From: Synechococcus sp.
Lineage (GTDB): Bacteria; Cyanobacteriota; Cyanobacteriia; Thermostichales; PCC-7336
Length of the DNA stretch: 35,454 bases
Reading direction: 5' to 3'
Assembly (NCBI GenBank): GCA_051439605.1
Contig: JBFRWN010000007.1
Coordinates: forward strand, 1 to 35,454
Shown here: positions 1-9,701 of the stretch, piece by piece
Layout: each line of letters opens with the position of its first letter
Numbering within the stretch: position 1 is the first letter of the stretch
Made by a program: the position numbers and the translations under genes
The notes under the pieces: generated by a model
Databases searched by the model: none
Told to the model about the DNA's origin: nothing
What the model saw: the letters and a program-made list of their open reading frames with translations, nothing else

Positions 1-777
1 CATGTCGCTGCATCCACGCAAAATCAAGCGCTCTGCGCACTTATTTTCTTATACAAGCAGGTCTTGCAACTTCCCTTGGATGAGAGGATAGACGCCATCA
101 GAGCCAAGCGCTCTCGTCGACTACCCACAGTACTCACTGTCGAGGAAGTGCGCTCGGTCATTCAGCAGATGTCTGGTGTCCATCGCTTAATTGTCCAGTT
201 ACTTTACGGCAGTGGATTGCGGCTGCGGGAAGCCATGCAGCTACGGATTAAGGACTTGGACTTTTCCCAGCATCAAATTCTCGTGCGAGATATAAAGGGC
301 CAAGAAAGTCGAGTGACCGTGCTACCGGCCAGCATTATTGACGAGCTCAAGGAACACCTACAAGGGGTTAAGCGAATCCATCTCCAAGATTTAGAACGAG
401 GCTACGGAGCGGTGACATTACCGTTTGCGCTAGCCAGAAAATACCGCAATGCCAATCGCCAATGGATCGGGCAATTCGTTTTCCCATCCTCAAGCCTCTG
501 CCCAGATCCTCGCAGTGGAGTCGTTGTCCGCTATCACTTACACCAAAGTGGATTGCAAAAGGCGGTCAAGCAAGCAGTCCGCGATGCTGGATTGCAGAAG
601 CGGGTAGGCTGCCACACGTTTCGTCATAGCTTTGCGACCCACCTTTTGGAAGGTGGCTACGATATCCGAACTATTCAAGAGTTGTTAGGCCATAAGGATG
701 TGAAAACGACAATGATTTACACCCATGTATTGAACCGAGGTGGGCAAGGAGTCCGAAGTCCTCTCGATCGCAATTAG
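1..777 (+). CDS. intI: Integron integrase (tyrosine recombinase), 5' end outside window
   Basis: Frame is open from base 1 ([22 protein letters not shown], the typical IntI 'STQNQAL' motif). Catalytic [22 protein letters not shown] and [12 protein letters not shown] are present. The integron-specific insertion (ALARKY...FVFPS...DPRSG...RYHLH) lies between boxes I and II. Confidence 0.93.
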   Translation, partial: HVAASTQNQALCALIFLYKQVLQLPLDERIDAIRAKRSRRLPTVLTVEEVRSVIQQMSGVHRLIVQLLYGSGLRLREAMQLRIKDLDFSQHQILVRDIKGQESRVTVLPASIIDELKEHLQGVKRIHLQDLERGYGAVTLPFALARKYRNANRQWIGQFVFPSSSLCPDPRSGVVVRYHLHQSGLQKAVKQAVRDAGLQKRVGCHTFRHSFATHLLEGGYDIRTIQELLGHKDVKTTMIYTHVLNRGGQGVRSPLDRN

Positions 778-862
778 CAACCTGCGTCCAGCTTCGAAAG
801 CATGTAGCTCCGTTAATCAAGAAAACTTCGAAAGGGCGAAGTGAGACTTCTTGGGTTCCCAG

Positions 863-877
863 GTGGGCACTGCCTAC
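863..877. repeat. REP-like short palindrome GTGGGCA-C-TGCCTAC between convergent genes
   Basis: 7-bp inverted repeat with one G-T pair, resembling the GGTGGGCACTGCCCACC-type palindromes common in cyanobacterial intergenic DNA. A second hairpin lies at about 818-853. Confidence 0.35.
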
Positions 878-903
878 AAAAGTTGGGCATTTTCTGCGCG
901 ACT

Positions 904-2439
904 TTACAGTCCATCAAACGCCGATAAATCCAAAGCATCTTGAGTTCGCAAAAATCCCAACAACCGATCGCCAATTACCTTCACTCCCCCCCTCACATTC
1001 GACTCAATATTCAGCGGAATCACCGGATCGTGCAGCGACAACCGCATCAGAAACCAGCCATCTTCCTCAGGATTCGTACAAGCAATCCGCACCCCCTCGT
1101 AATTCTTTGGCACCACCTCCCAGCCCTCCTGCGTTTCCGCAAATACCTTTAACTGAGCGATCGCTTCATTCCCGTAACGCTTATAATCCTCAACCCCAAT
1201 CTTCATGCGAAACTCTTCGCTTTCCACCGGCTCTTTCAACGTGGCGATCGCATCCACAAGCGACTTGCCCGCCAGCTTCGATTTTGCTAATTCCACCAGG
1301 AGCTTGGTAACCAAATAAGCCCCATCGTCCAAAAAGAAATTCTCGCGCATCGCCCCGTGGCCAGAGGTCTCAATCGCCAACCAAGACTCTTGCCCCTCTG
1401 CATTCAGCCGCTGCGACTCGTTAATGACGTTCTTGTAGCCGCGTCTAAACCGATAGTGAACTCCCCCCAACTCCTTGATGAAGTCGGTTAGACCGTCAGA
1501 CGTGATCGAATCCGTCACGATGGTGGAACCGGGATGCTCCTGCAACACGATTGCGGACATCAGTGCGATCAACCGATTGCGGTGCAGAGGGGTACCGGAG
1601 CTATCCACTGCCGCGCCGCGATCGACATCCGTGTCGAAAATAATCCCGAAATCCGCTTTGTGTGCGAATACCGCCTGGCAAATGGACTCCATCGCCTCGG
1701 CGTTCTCGGGGTTAGGAATATGGTTGGGAAACGTACCATCGGGATCGAGAAACTGGCTGCCAGCGGTATCCGCCCCCAGCGGGGCTAAAACCTTATCGGC
1801 ATAGAACCCACCCGCTCCGTTGCCCGCATCCACAATAATCTTCAGCCCTAGCAACGGCTGTTCGTAGCGATCGGGATGGTTTACTCCTTTGCGGACGATA
1901 TCCACTAATCGAGCGGCATAGGTGGACATGAAATCCTGCTGGGCGATCGCCCCAGGCGCCTCCGATGTTGCCAGCTCCCCAGACTCCGCCAGCGCCAAGA
2001 TCGCAGTAATATCCCCTTTATCCACCCCCCCTTGCGCCGTAAAAAACTTCAGACCATTGCGATTGAAGGGTAAGTGACTGGCGGTGAGCATAATCGCCCC
2101 GTCGCATTCCACCCCTTCTGTAACCGTACTCATAAACATCGCGGGGGTAGAGGCCAGGCCAAAATCGAGGACATCACAGCCACTACTCGTCAAACCGGCG
2201 ATCGCCGCCTGCATCAACTCTGGGCCAGAAAGGCGACTATCCCGCCCCAATGACACCGTGAGTGCCGTTGTTGGCTGGCTCAACTTTGTTGCTAGCCACG
2301 TTGCAAATGCCTTGCCCAACTGGGTGACCACTTCTCCCGTCAGATTCACCGATTCGCCAGCAACCCCCTCCAGTGCTACACCGCGAATATCGGAACCGTT
2401 TTGCAGCTTTTTCCAGTCAAAGTCTGTTGCGATCGCCAT
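904..2439 (-). CDS. Phosphomannomutase/phosphoglucomutase (alpha-D-phosphohexomutase)
   Basis: GSDIRG N-terminal motif, TASHLP phosphoserine loop, FDTDVDR metal loop, IETSGH sugar-binding loop. ATG at 2439 preferred over TTG at 2481. Confidence 0.93.
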   Translation of the reverse strand: MAIATDFDWKKLQNGSDIRGVALEGVAGESVNLTGEVVTQLGKAFATWLATKLSQPTTALTVSLGRDSRLSGPELMQAAIAGLTSSGCDVLDFGLASTPAMFMSTVTEGVECDGAIMLTASHLPFNRNGLKFFTAQGGVDKGDITAILALAESGELATSEAPGAIAQQDFMSTYAARLVDIVRKGVNHPDRYEQPLLGLKIIVDAGNGAGGFYADKVLAPLGADTAGSQFLDPDGTFPNHIPNPENAEAMESICQAVFAHKADFGIIFDTDVDRGAAVDSSGTPLHRNRLIALMSAIVLQEHPGSTIVTDSITSDGLTDFIKELGGVHYRFRRGYKNVINESQRLNAEGQESWLAIETSGHGAMRENFFLDDGAYLVTKLLVELAKSKLAGKSLVDAIATLKEPVESEEFRMKIGVEDYKRYGNEAIAQLKVFAETQEGWEVVPKNYEGVRIACTNPEEDGWFLMRLSLHDPVIPLNIESNVRGGVKVIGDRLLGFLRTQDALDLSAFDGL

Positions 2440-2649
2440 CAGAATCGGAAGCTCCAGCCTAGCAATACCACCTTCATTCAACTGTTAAACAACTAGTACC
2501 ACCCTTGAGAAATTCAGAAAAAATTACCAAACGTTGCAAATATTGAACCGAACATCATTTAGCCTAACCGCAGGCAAAAAAGAGATAGACAAGCGAACCC
2601 AGGAAATCCCTAAGTTATGAAGGGGAACCCACAAGTAAACCGCCAAAAC

Positions 2650-2691
2650 GTAAACCCAGATACAGATTTACCGGGTTGGCTTGCCTACCAT
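2650..2691 (+). promoter_or_regulatory. NtcA-activated promoter
   Basis: GTA-AACCCAGA-TAC (2650-2663), then exactly 22 nt, then the -10 element TACCAT (2686-2691). This matches the consensus GTA-N8-TAC-N22-TAN3T and lies upstream of a nitrogen-scavenging operon. Confidence 0.85.
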
Positions 2692-2715
2692 TCACCCAAG
2701 ACTGCAACAAATGCA

Positions 2716-2816
2716 GTGGCTTCTAGGGTTCCGAGCAAGTCTACTGACTGGTCCGAGAGAAGCAACCTCCTAGCATCTGCTGAGAGGTGACACGGCGGGA
2801 CAAAAGCCCGGGAGAA
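2716..2816 (+). ncRNA. Guanidine-I (ykkC-yxkD) riboswitch
   Basis: Conserved CTAGGGTTCCG...CTGGTCCGAG in P1 (GCTTCT 2719-2724 pairs with AGAAGC 2758-2763), P2 ACCTC/GAGGT, and 3' ACACGGCGGGACAAAAGCCCGGGAG. Directly upstream of a guanidine hydrolase. Confidence 0.95.
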
Positions 2817-2874
2817 GTTCGCTTGGCCTACTATTGGCTTCAGCGAGGGTCGCCGTCGTCACGAGAAACGAAAT

Positions 2875-4050
2875 ATGTCTGATTTCAATGGATATTCTAA
2901 CGAAGCCGAGCGGGGGTTGGCAGAAGAGGCCAAACTTCCTGAAAAAGGGTGGGACAACGAAGTACAGCGAGGTCTGGAATTCGGGTTAGAAGCCGCAGAC
3001 AGCATTCGCGATCGCAGTATTCCCACCTTTTCTCGCGGAGAGCTGCCTCACTTTGCAGGCATCAATACATTCCTGAAAGCCCCCTACGTCGAAGACGTAC
3101 GGGAAGTGGGGAAATACGACGTTGCATTGCTGGGGGTGCCCCATGACTGCGGCACCACCTACCGCCCTGGCACTCGCTTCGGCCCCCAAGGGATTCGCCG
3201 CGTTTCCGCCCTCTACACTCCCTACAACTTCGAGCTGGGGGTGGACCTGCGGGAATCCATCACCCTATGCGACATCGGGGATGTGTTCACCATTCCGGCC
3301 AACATTGAAAAGTCCTTTGACCAAATCTCCAAGGCTGTAGCCCACGTGTTCGCCAGCGGTGCCTTGCCCGTCATCATGGGGGGCGACCACTCCATCGGCT
3401 ATCCTACGGTGCGCGGTGTCTGTAGGCATCTGGGAGACAAGAAAGTCGGCATCATCCACTTCGATCGCCACGTCGATACCCAAGAGATCGACCTGGACGA
3501 ACGGATGCACACCTGTCCCTGGTTCCACGCCACGAATATCAAGAATGCCCCCGCCGATAACCTCGTGCAGTTGGGCATTGGCGGCTGGCAGGTACCCCGC
3601 CAGGGGGTGAAGATTTGCCGGGAGCGGGCCACTAACATCCTGACGGTGACCGATATTACCGAAATGGGGCTGGATGCAGCGGCGGAGTTCGCGATTGAAA
3701 AGGCTACCGCAGGCACCGACTGCGTCTACATCAGTTTTGATATTGACTGCATCGATGCCGGATTTGTCCCCGGCACCGGCTGGCCCGAACCGGGGGGCTT
3801 GCTCCCTCGCGAAGCTTTGGGGCTCTTGGCCCGTATCGTTCCAAAGGTCAACGTCTGCGGCATTGAAGTGGTGGAGGTCTCTCCCCCCTACGACATCAGC
3901 GACATCACCTCCCTGATGGCCACCCGCGTCATTTGCGACATCCTGGCCCACATGGTGCGCTCCGGCCAGATGCCCCGCAATGGGGTCAAGCCCAGCTACG
4001 TTCACGACTTCGCTCAGCCAGAGTTGATTGCCGACTGGCGGGGGCGCTAA
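2875..4050 (+). CDS. gdmH: Ni-dependent guanidine hydrolase (arginase/agmatinase family)
   Basis: Ureohydrolase motifs GGDHS, HFDRHVD, SFDIDCID. TGWPEPGG variant with Trp and a long N-terminal extension (GLEAA..I.DRSIPTFSRGELPHFAG), as in the Synechocystis Sll1077 type. Riboswitch and hypA/hypB context agree. Confidence 0.92.
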   Translation: MSDFNGYSNEAERGLAEEAKLPEKGWDNEVQRGLEFGLEAADSIRDRSIPTFSRGELPHFAGINTFLKAPYVEDVREVGKYDVALLGVPHDCGTTYRPGTRFGPQGIRRVSALYTPYNFELGVDLRESITLCDIGDVFTIPANIEKSFDQISKAVAHVFASGALPVIMGGDHSIGYPTVRGVCRHLGDKKVGIIHFDRHVDTQEIDLDERMHTCPWFHATNIKNAPADNLVQLGIGGWQVPRQGVKICRERATNILTVTDITEMGLDAAAEFAIEKATAGTDCVYISFDIDCIDAGFVPGTGWPEPGGLLPREALGLLARIVPKVNVCGIEVVEVSPPYDISDITSLMATRVICDILAHMVRSGQMPRNGVKPSYVHDFAQPELIADWRGR

Positions 4051-4052
4051 CC

Positions 4053-4457
4053 GTGCACGAAGTAGACATGACCAAGGCGCTATTCGCCACCATCGAAGAC
4101 TGGTGGGTGTCGCAACCCGATCGCCCCGTGGTGGAAACCGTTCACCTCCTGGTGGGGGACTTCACCTGCGTCGAGCCCGATAGTTTGGTGTTTGCGTTTG
4201 ACGCCCAAAAAAAGGGGACATTTCTCTGCTCCGCCAGGCTGGAGATCGAACGGGTGCCGTTTGTGGCCCACTGCCACACTTGCAATCAGGATTACGCTCC
4301 GGCGATCGAGGAGCACTATGCTTGCCCCACCTGCCGATCGCCGCTGGATGACATCAAATCCGGCCGCGAACTGAAAATTTCCCGCCTTGAATACCAAGAT
4401 GCCAACCCCGGGGCCGCTTTGGCTCAATCGACGAGGCCATCGGTCGTGGCTCGTTAA
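4053..4457 (+). CDS. hypA: HypA-family nickel metallochaperone (GhaA-type)
   Basis: GTG start 2 nt after the gdmH stop gives an N-terminal MHE Ni-binding motif. Two CxxC Zn motifs (CHTC, CPTC) and SGRELKI. Confidence 0.9.
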   Translation: MHEVDMTKALFATIEDWWVSQPDRPVVETVHLLVGDFTCVEPDSLVFAFDAQKKGTFLCSARLEIERVPFVAHCHTCNQDYAPAIEEHYACPTCRSPLDDIKSGRELKISRLEYQDANPGAALAQSTRPSVVAR

Positions 4458-4520
4458 TCCGTGGGCAACCATGCCGTACCTGTTTCTGTCGTCGTTCTGT
4501 TGTGAGTAGAGGGTAAAACG

Positions 4521-5222
4521 TTGCATCAAATTGCTGACCTAGAAGGAATGAACCTGCTGCAGGCAAACCAAGATGGGGCCGATCGTAATCGAGCACATTT
4601 TGATGCTTGGGGTATTACTTGCCTCAATCTAATGAGCAGTCCCGGTGCAGGAAAAACCGCCCTGCTGGAAAAGACACTGGCTGCCCTGTGCGATCGCATC
4701 AAGATTGCTGTGATTGAGGGGGATATGACCACCCAACTCGATGCCGATCGCTTACGCAGCTACGGCGTTCCGGTGATTCCCATTACCACCGGTCGAGCCT
4801 GTCATCTCGATTCCACAATGGTGGCGGGCGGCATACAGATGTTGGAGGCAGACCACGATCCGAATGTCTTTGACCTAGTGCTGGTGGAAAACGTCGGGAA
4901 TTTAGTCTGTCCAGCCGAGTTTGAGGTAGGGGAACATGCCAAGGTAGCCTTGCTCAGCGTGACAGAGGGGGAAGATAAGCCGCTGAAATATCCGGTGATG
5001 TTTAGAGAGGCTGACTGCCTGCTGATCTCCAAAACAGACTTGGCCCCCTATGTGGAGGTTGACATTGCTCAAATCGAGGAGAACGTGCGCTCGATCAATC
5101 CCCATGCCGAAATTATTCCGATTTCTGCCAAGACCGGTGAAGGACTCGCTAACTGGTTTGCATGGTTGGAACACCAAATTGCGCTGTGTCATCCTCCGTC
5201 TCCATCCGAAATAGCTGCTTGA
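4521..5222 (+). CDS. hypB: HypB/UreG-family nickel-insertion GTPase (GhaB-type)
   Basis: SSPGAGKT P-loop, [41 protein letters not shown]. Confidence 0.93.
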   Translation: MHQIADLEGMNLLQANQDGADRNRAHFDAWGITCLNLMSSPGAGKTALLEKTLAALCDRIKIAVIEGDMTTQLDADRLRSYGVPVIPITTGRACHLDSTMVAGGIQMLEADHDPNVFDLVLVENVGNLVCPAEFEVGEHAKVALLSVTEGEDKPLKYPVMFREADCLLISKTDLAPYVEVDIAQIEENVRSINPHAEIIPISAKTGEGLANWFAWLEHQIALCHPPSPSEIAA

Positions 5223-5323
5223 ATCGCGTTTTCTTCAGCAATATTCTGTTGCTGATTCGCAGAGTCACTCCTCTATCTCTTCACCCACAATCGACCAATT
5301 TCCTTGAAGGATTCTTTGACCTC

Positions 5324-6370
5324 ATGCTGAAATTCCACAAGCTTTTCCCCGTCTGCGCTCTTGCTCTATCTGTTGCGATTGGAAGTTGTGGAGCCCCAGA
5401 ACCCGACACCTCAGCTCCACCCGCAGAACCGGAAGTTTCGGAGGATTCCTCATCGTCTGTCGAGGAGGATCCGATTCAGATTGGTTACAGTGCTTGGCCC
5501 GGTTGGTTCCCCTGGAAGGTTGCCGAGGAAAAGGGCCTGTTTGAGGCCAATGGCGTCGATGTAGAAATGGTCTGGTTCGATGGCTATCTGGACTCCATTA
5601 CCGCGCTGGCTGTGGGCCAATTAGATGGCAATACCCAAACCCTCAACGACACCATTTTTTCTGTATCCGGTGGTTCCGATCAGGTGATTGTTCTGACCAA
5701 CGACTACTCCACCGGTAACGATGCCATTATTGTGGATGCCTCGATCGGCTCAATTGAAGAATTAGCTGGTAAAACTATTGCCGCAGAAGAAGGGGTGGTG
5801 GACCACTTCTTGTTACTGCTGGGCTTAGAAACTGTAGGCTTAACCCAAGCAGACATTGAGTTTAAACCTCTAGAAACCGGTGCAGCAGCAGCAGCTTTTG
5901 CTGCCGGTCAACTGGACGGGGTCGGTGCCTTTGCCCCCTTTACCACCCAAGCGCTAGAGCGACCCGACAGTAAAGTGCTGTTTGATTCCTCTGACTTCCC
6001 TGGTGCGATCTCCGACCACCTGGCCCTCAGCCGCGAAATTGTAGAATCCCGCCCGGATGACGTGCAGGCCATTGTCCAAACCTGGTACGACACGCTGGAG
6101 TTCATTGAGGAGAATCCCGACGAGGCGATCGCCATTATGGCGGAGCGAGCCGGTACCTCTGTAGAAGACTACGAATCCTATAGCGAAGGGACAACTATTC
6201 TGTCCTTAGAAGAAGGATTGGCAGCCTTTGAACCGGGTGACGACATCTCTTCCTTGGTGTTTACAGCCCAAGAAATCTCGGATTTCTTGGTGGAAAGCGG
6301 CCTCATAGACGAGGCTCCCGATCTGTCTAATCTATTTGATGCCAGCTTTGTGGAAGCCGTGGCTGAATAG
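5324..6370 (+). CDS. ABC transporter substrate-binding lipoprotein (NitT/TauT/SsuA family), probable guanidine-binding
   Basis: ATG 5324 gives a lipoprotein signal ending AIGS-C. IGYSAWPGWFPW and DYSTGNDAII motifs. Lies in the riboswitch-controlled operon. Confidence 0.88.
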   Translation: MLKFHKLFPVCALALSVAIGSCGAPEPDTSAPPAEPEVSEDSSSSVEEDPIQIGYSAWPGWFPWKVAEEKGLFEANGVDVEMVWFDGYLDSITALAVGQLDGNTQTLNDTIFSVSGGSDQVIVLTNDYSTGNDAIIVDASIGSIEELAGKTIAAEEGVVDHFLLLLGLETVGLTQADIEFKPLETGAAAAAFAAGQLDGVGAFAPFTTQALERPDSKVLFDSSDFPGAISDHLALSREIVESRPDDVQAIVQTWYDTLEFIEENPDEAIAIMAERAGTSVEDYESYSEGTTILSLEEGLAAFEPGDDISSLVFTAQEISDFLVESGLIDEAPDLSNLFDASFVEAVAE

Positions 6371-6497
6371 GCAAATGGCCCTCTGACTGTTGGGTAATTT
6401 CCTAATAGCACTTAGGGCTGTTTCCTTCTCCGGTTTAAGCTGGTCACCGATCCCTACATCAAAGCCTCCCTCTAGGTGCTACCCCAGGACAGTCGCT

Positions 6498-7367
6498 ATG
6501 GTCGATCGCTACGCCGAACATCTCCGCCGATGGGGATTGTGGCACCCCCCCGATGAAGTCATTTCGCTACGTCCCTCCACCTTCTGGAACATCCGCGAAG
6601 AGCTATCCAAAAGGCTAACGATTGTTCTGCTGATTTCGTCGATCGCGATTCCGTTGCTGGTTTGGTGGGCGATCGCCAATGCGGGTATTGTCCAACCCGA
6701 AGTGCTGCTGCCTCCCCCCGGTCAAGTGTGGGCAAAAGGGGTGGAGCTGTGGCAGCAGGGCATCATGCCCGAAGACATTAAATACAGTCTGCTGCGTGTG
6801 GTGGCGGGCTACGGCATCGGTCTGGTGTTTGCTATTCCCCTGGGTATTTTTATGGGCACGTTTGCCACAGGGCGGTGGGCCTTTGAGCCCCTGATTGGGC
6901 TGTTGAGATACATGCCCGCTACAGCATTTACCCCTCTATTTTTGGTTTATTTAGGGTTAGGGGAAGCACCCAAGATTGCCCTGATTGCTTTAGGCACGTT
7001 CTTCTTCAACACCCTGATGGTAATGGATGGGGTGAAATTTATTTCCAAAGATTTGATAGACGCGTCTTATACCCTTGGAGCCAATCGCAAACAGGTGATT
7101 TTACAAGTGATTTTGCCTGCTTTGCTGCCCACCATCATTGATGCCACCCGAATTAATTTGGCTGCTGCTTGGAACTTGGTGATTGTGGCGGAATTGCTAT
7201 CGGCCGAACAGGGGTTAGGGAAACGAATTGCATTGGCCCAAAGATTTCTCGGCATTGACCAGATGTTTGCCTGCCTGATCGTGATTGGGCTGATTGGGCT
7301 GGTCTTCGATCTGACTCTACGGGCTCTGTTGAGATTCAGCTGCCGTTGGGCGGAGGATGCGCGCTAA
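6498..7367 (+). CDS. ABC transporter permease (NitT/TauT family)
   Basis: Multiple TM helices, LLPPP motif, EAA-like loop LIDASYTLGA, WNLVIVAELL. Start placed at ATG 6498. Confidence 0.88.
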   Translation: MVDRYAEHLRRWGLWHPPDEVISLRPSTFWNIREELSKRLTIVLLISSIAIPLLVWWAIANAGIVQPEVLLPPPGQVWAKGVELWQQGIMPEDIKYSLLRVVAGYGIGLVFAIPLGIFMGTFATGRWAFEPLIGLLRYMPATAFTPLFLVYLGLGEAPKIALIALGTFFFNTLMVMDGVKFISKDLIDASYTLGANRKQVILQVILPALLPTIIDATRINLAAAWNLVIVAELLSAEQGLGKRIALAQRFLGIDQMFACLIVIGLIGLVFDLTLRALLRFSCRWAEDAR

Positions 7368-8131
7368 TGTCTGTGGAAGTCGATCGCGTTACGCGCAAGT
7401 TTGGCTCTTTTACTGCCCTGGACCAGATTTCTCTGCGGGTCAACGAAGGTGAATTGGTTTGTGTAGTGGGGGCGTCTGGTTCAGGAAAGTCTACGTTGCT
7501 GCGGATTGTTGCGGGGCTTGATGCTCCAACATCGGGGGAGGTGCGGGTGAATGGCACCAGTATCGACGGTCCTGGCTCCGATCGCGGTATGGTGTTCCAA
7601 TCCTACACGCTCTACCCCTGGATGAACGTCGCAGCGAATGTAGGGTTTGGCCTCAAGATTAAGGGCTATCCCTTGCAATTGCGAGAGGAACGAATTGCCT
7701 ATTACCTGGATGTCGTAGGCTTGTCCAAGTTTGCAGGTGCGTTTCCCAAAGAGTTGTCGGGGGGGATGAAGCAGCGGGTGGCGATCGCCAGGGCATTGGC
7801 AAATCAACCGCAAATTCTACTGATGGACGAGCCATTTGGGGCGCTAGACGTGCAGACCAAAGAGGTGATGCAGGAGTTTTTGTTAGATGTATGGGAACGC
7901 ACGGGTACCACGATTTTAATGATTACCCACGATGTGGAAGAAGCGGTCTTTCTGTCGCAACGAATTTACGTATTGACCTCTTCTCCGGGTACGGTAAAGC
8001 AGGAAAAACAGATCCTGTTGCCCCAACAACGTACGTACGAAATTAAGCAGCTACCCAGCTTTCAGCAACAGAAAGAAGAAATTTTTAATGTGTTGCGAGA
8101 GGAGCAGAGAAAAGCAATGAAGGCTTTATAG
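7367..8131 (+). CDS. ABC transporter ATP-binding protein
   Basis: GASGSGKST, LSGGMKQR, LLMDEPFGALD, ITHD. TAATG stop/start overlap with the permease. Confidence 0.95.
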   Translation: MSVEVDRVTRKFGSFTALDQISLRVNEGELVCVVGASGSGKSTLLRIVAGLDAPTSGEVRVNGTSIDGPGSDRGMVFQSYTLYPWMNVAANVGFGLKIKGYPLQLREERIAYYLDVVGLSKFAGAFPKELSGGMKQRVAIARALANQPQILLMDEPFGALDVQTKEVMQEFLLDVWERTGTTILMITHDVEEAVFLSQRIYVLTSSPGTVKQEKQILLPQQRTYEIKQLPSFQQQKEEIFNVLREEQRKAMKAL

Positions 8132-8418
8132 ATTGTCGGCAGAGCTGGCTAGCTGTTAAGTGTTAAGACTGTTGTTGGATTAGGCAGAGTTCTAACATTT
8201 GCAGAAATCGCACGATGATCCTCCAAAGTTGTACTATCGTAATTTCTTCTTCAGAGAAGACAGTAAAATCTAGGCCCGGCATAGGGATGAATATCCCGAT
8301 CGGCAAGACGGTCGATCTAGCGACCATGCTGCCGCAACTCGTCTCAAGGGGTTCTTGACGAGCGCAGTACCGTTGCGCTGTAAAGTCTCACAAGAACGTT
8401 TGGTGTTTGGAAAGACCT

Positions 8419-9555
8419 ATGCCTTCCCTCCCTCACATCTACGACACGATCGTTATCGGTGCTGGCATGGCAGGAGCCATTTGCGCAACCCACTTGGTCG
8501 AGGCGGGTCTGGATGTCTTGGTGTTAGAGAAGTCGCGGGGGGTTGGGGGACGCATGGCCACCCGGCGGGTGCAGGTGGAATCTGCTGAATCTTCAAAGAC
8601 AGACGCGATTGCTGACCACGGTGTCCAGTACATCACGGTAAAAGGGGACAGATTTCGTCGTTTTGTGAAACAGCAATTAGAACTGGGCACGATGGCAGAA
8701 TGGACCCGCAGCATTCACCGTTTAGATGTTTCCTGCTCCCATCCCACGGAATTAGAGGAAGCCCCCCTCGACGAACGCGTTCCCCACTATTGCTGTCCTC
8801 AAGGGATGACAGCTGTGGTCAAACAGCTTTGTAAAAATCTGAATGTGGAGCGGAGAGTACGCGCGATCGCAGTGCAGCCAATGGGGGAGCGCTGGCGGGC
8901 GATCGCAGAGGATGGAGGCCAGTTTGAGGGAAAAAGTCTAGTTATTGCTGTGCCGGCCCCACAAATTTTGGAGATGCTTGGAGATTGGTTAACAGAGGAA
9001 TATCCCTTATATTCCTCCTTAACTTCAGTTCAGTACAACCCCTGTATTGCAGTCATCGCTGGTTATAGAAAATCTGTCACTCTCCCCCAGTGGAAAGGGG
9101 TGAAATGGGTTGGGGATGATCGGGTAGCCTGGGTCAGTTTGGATAGCACTAAGCGGGTACTGGCAGCCAATCCAGTGGTGGTCGTGCACTCCACTCCTGG
9201 GTTTGCCAATCAATCGATGAATGCCGATGGTGTTGAGCTGCAGGAATGTGGTCTAGCCCTGCTGCAACGCACGGGGCAGCGATTGGGGGAATGGTTGGTT
9301 GCCCCAGACTGGATGCAAGTCCATCGGTGGAAATATTCACTGCCTGCTGAAACGGTCGGGCTGACCTCTTTAGGAATGTCAGTCCCTGTCCAAGGGGGCG
9401 AGGGCTACCTGCCGTTGGTTTGTGCGGGGGATTGGTGTGCCGGTGGCAGAGTGGAAGGAGCCTTTATTTCTGGGGTAGATGCAGCACAACGGGTCAAGGG
9501 GGATGTTAAAGCATTAGCCGCCGGTCGAGAAATACCTCGCCTATCTAATATCTAG
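8419..9555 (+). CDS. FAD-dependent oxidoreductase, renalase-like
   Basis: VIGAGMAG, EKSRGVGGRMATRR, DHGVQY, HRWKYSLP, CAGDW...GRVEGAFISG. Confidence 0.85.
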   Translation: MPSLPHIYDTIVIGAGMAGAICATHLVEAGLDVLVLEKSRGVGGRMATRRVQVESAESSKTDAIADHGVQYITVKGDRFRRFVKQQLELGTMAEWTRSIHRLDVSCSHPTELEEAPLDERVPHYCCPQGMTAVVKQLCKNLNVERRVRAIAVQPMGERWRAIAEDGGQFEGKSLVIAVPAPQILEMLGDWLTEEYPLYSSLTSVQYNPCIAVIAGYRKSVTLPQWKGVKWVGDDRVAWVSLDSTKRVLAANPVVVVHSTPGFANQSMNADGVELQECGLALLQRTGQRLGEWLVAPDWMQVHRWKYSLPAETVGLTSLGMSVPVQGGEGYLPLVCAGDWCAGGRVEGAFISGVDAAQRVKGDVKALAAGREIPRLSNI

Positions 9556-9701
9556 CTTGCTTGATTTAGATATCGACTTGATAGATGTGAATTGTAGCTG
9601 AGTAATCGTTCCTTTTAATGCAGTTGTAAATAACCGACGAAGTTCTTCGCTTTGCGACTTACTATAGGAACTAGATCTCGAGAATCAATTAACTCACTAT
9701 C

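Noticed and set aside
778..903. Possible attC site downstream of intI (GTTGGGC at 882-888 plus hairpins)
   Set aside because: No complementary RYYYAAC box at a suitable distance, no L boxes and no cassette ORF.
3265..4005. 246-aa antisense ORF and other overlapping ORFs in the track (e.g. 16416-17003, 28276-28812)
   Set aside because: Antisense shadows of well-supported genes in GC-rich coding DNA.
4053..5222. hypA/hypB as evidence for a hydrogenase locus
   Set aside because: No hydrogenase or other hyp genes are present; context indicates nickel delivery to the guanidine hydrolase.
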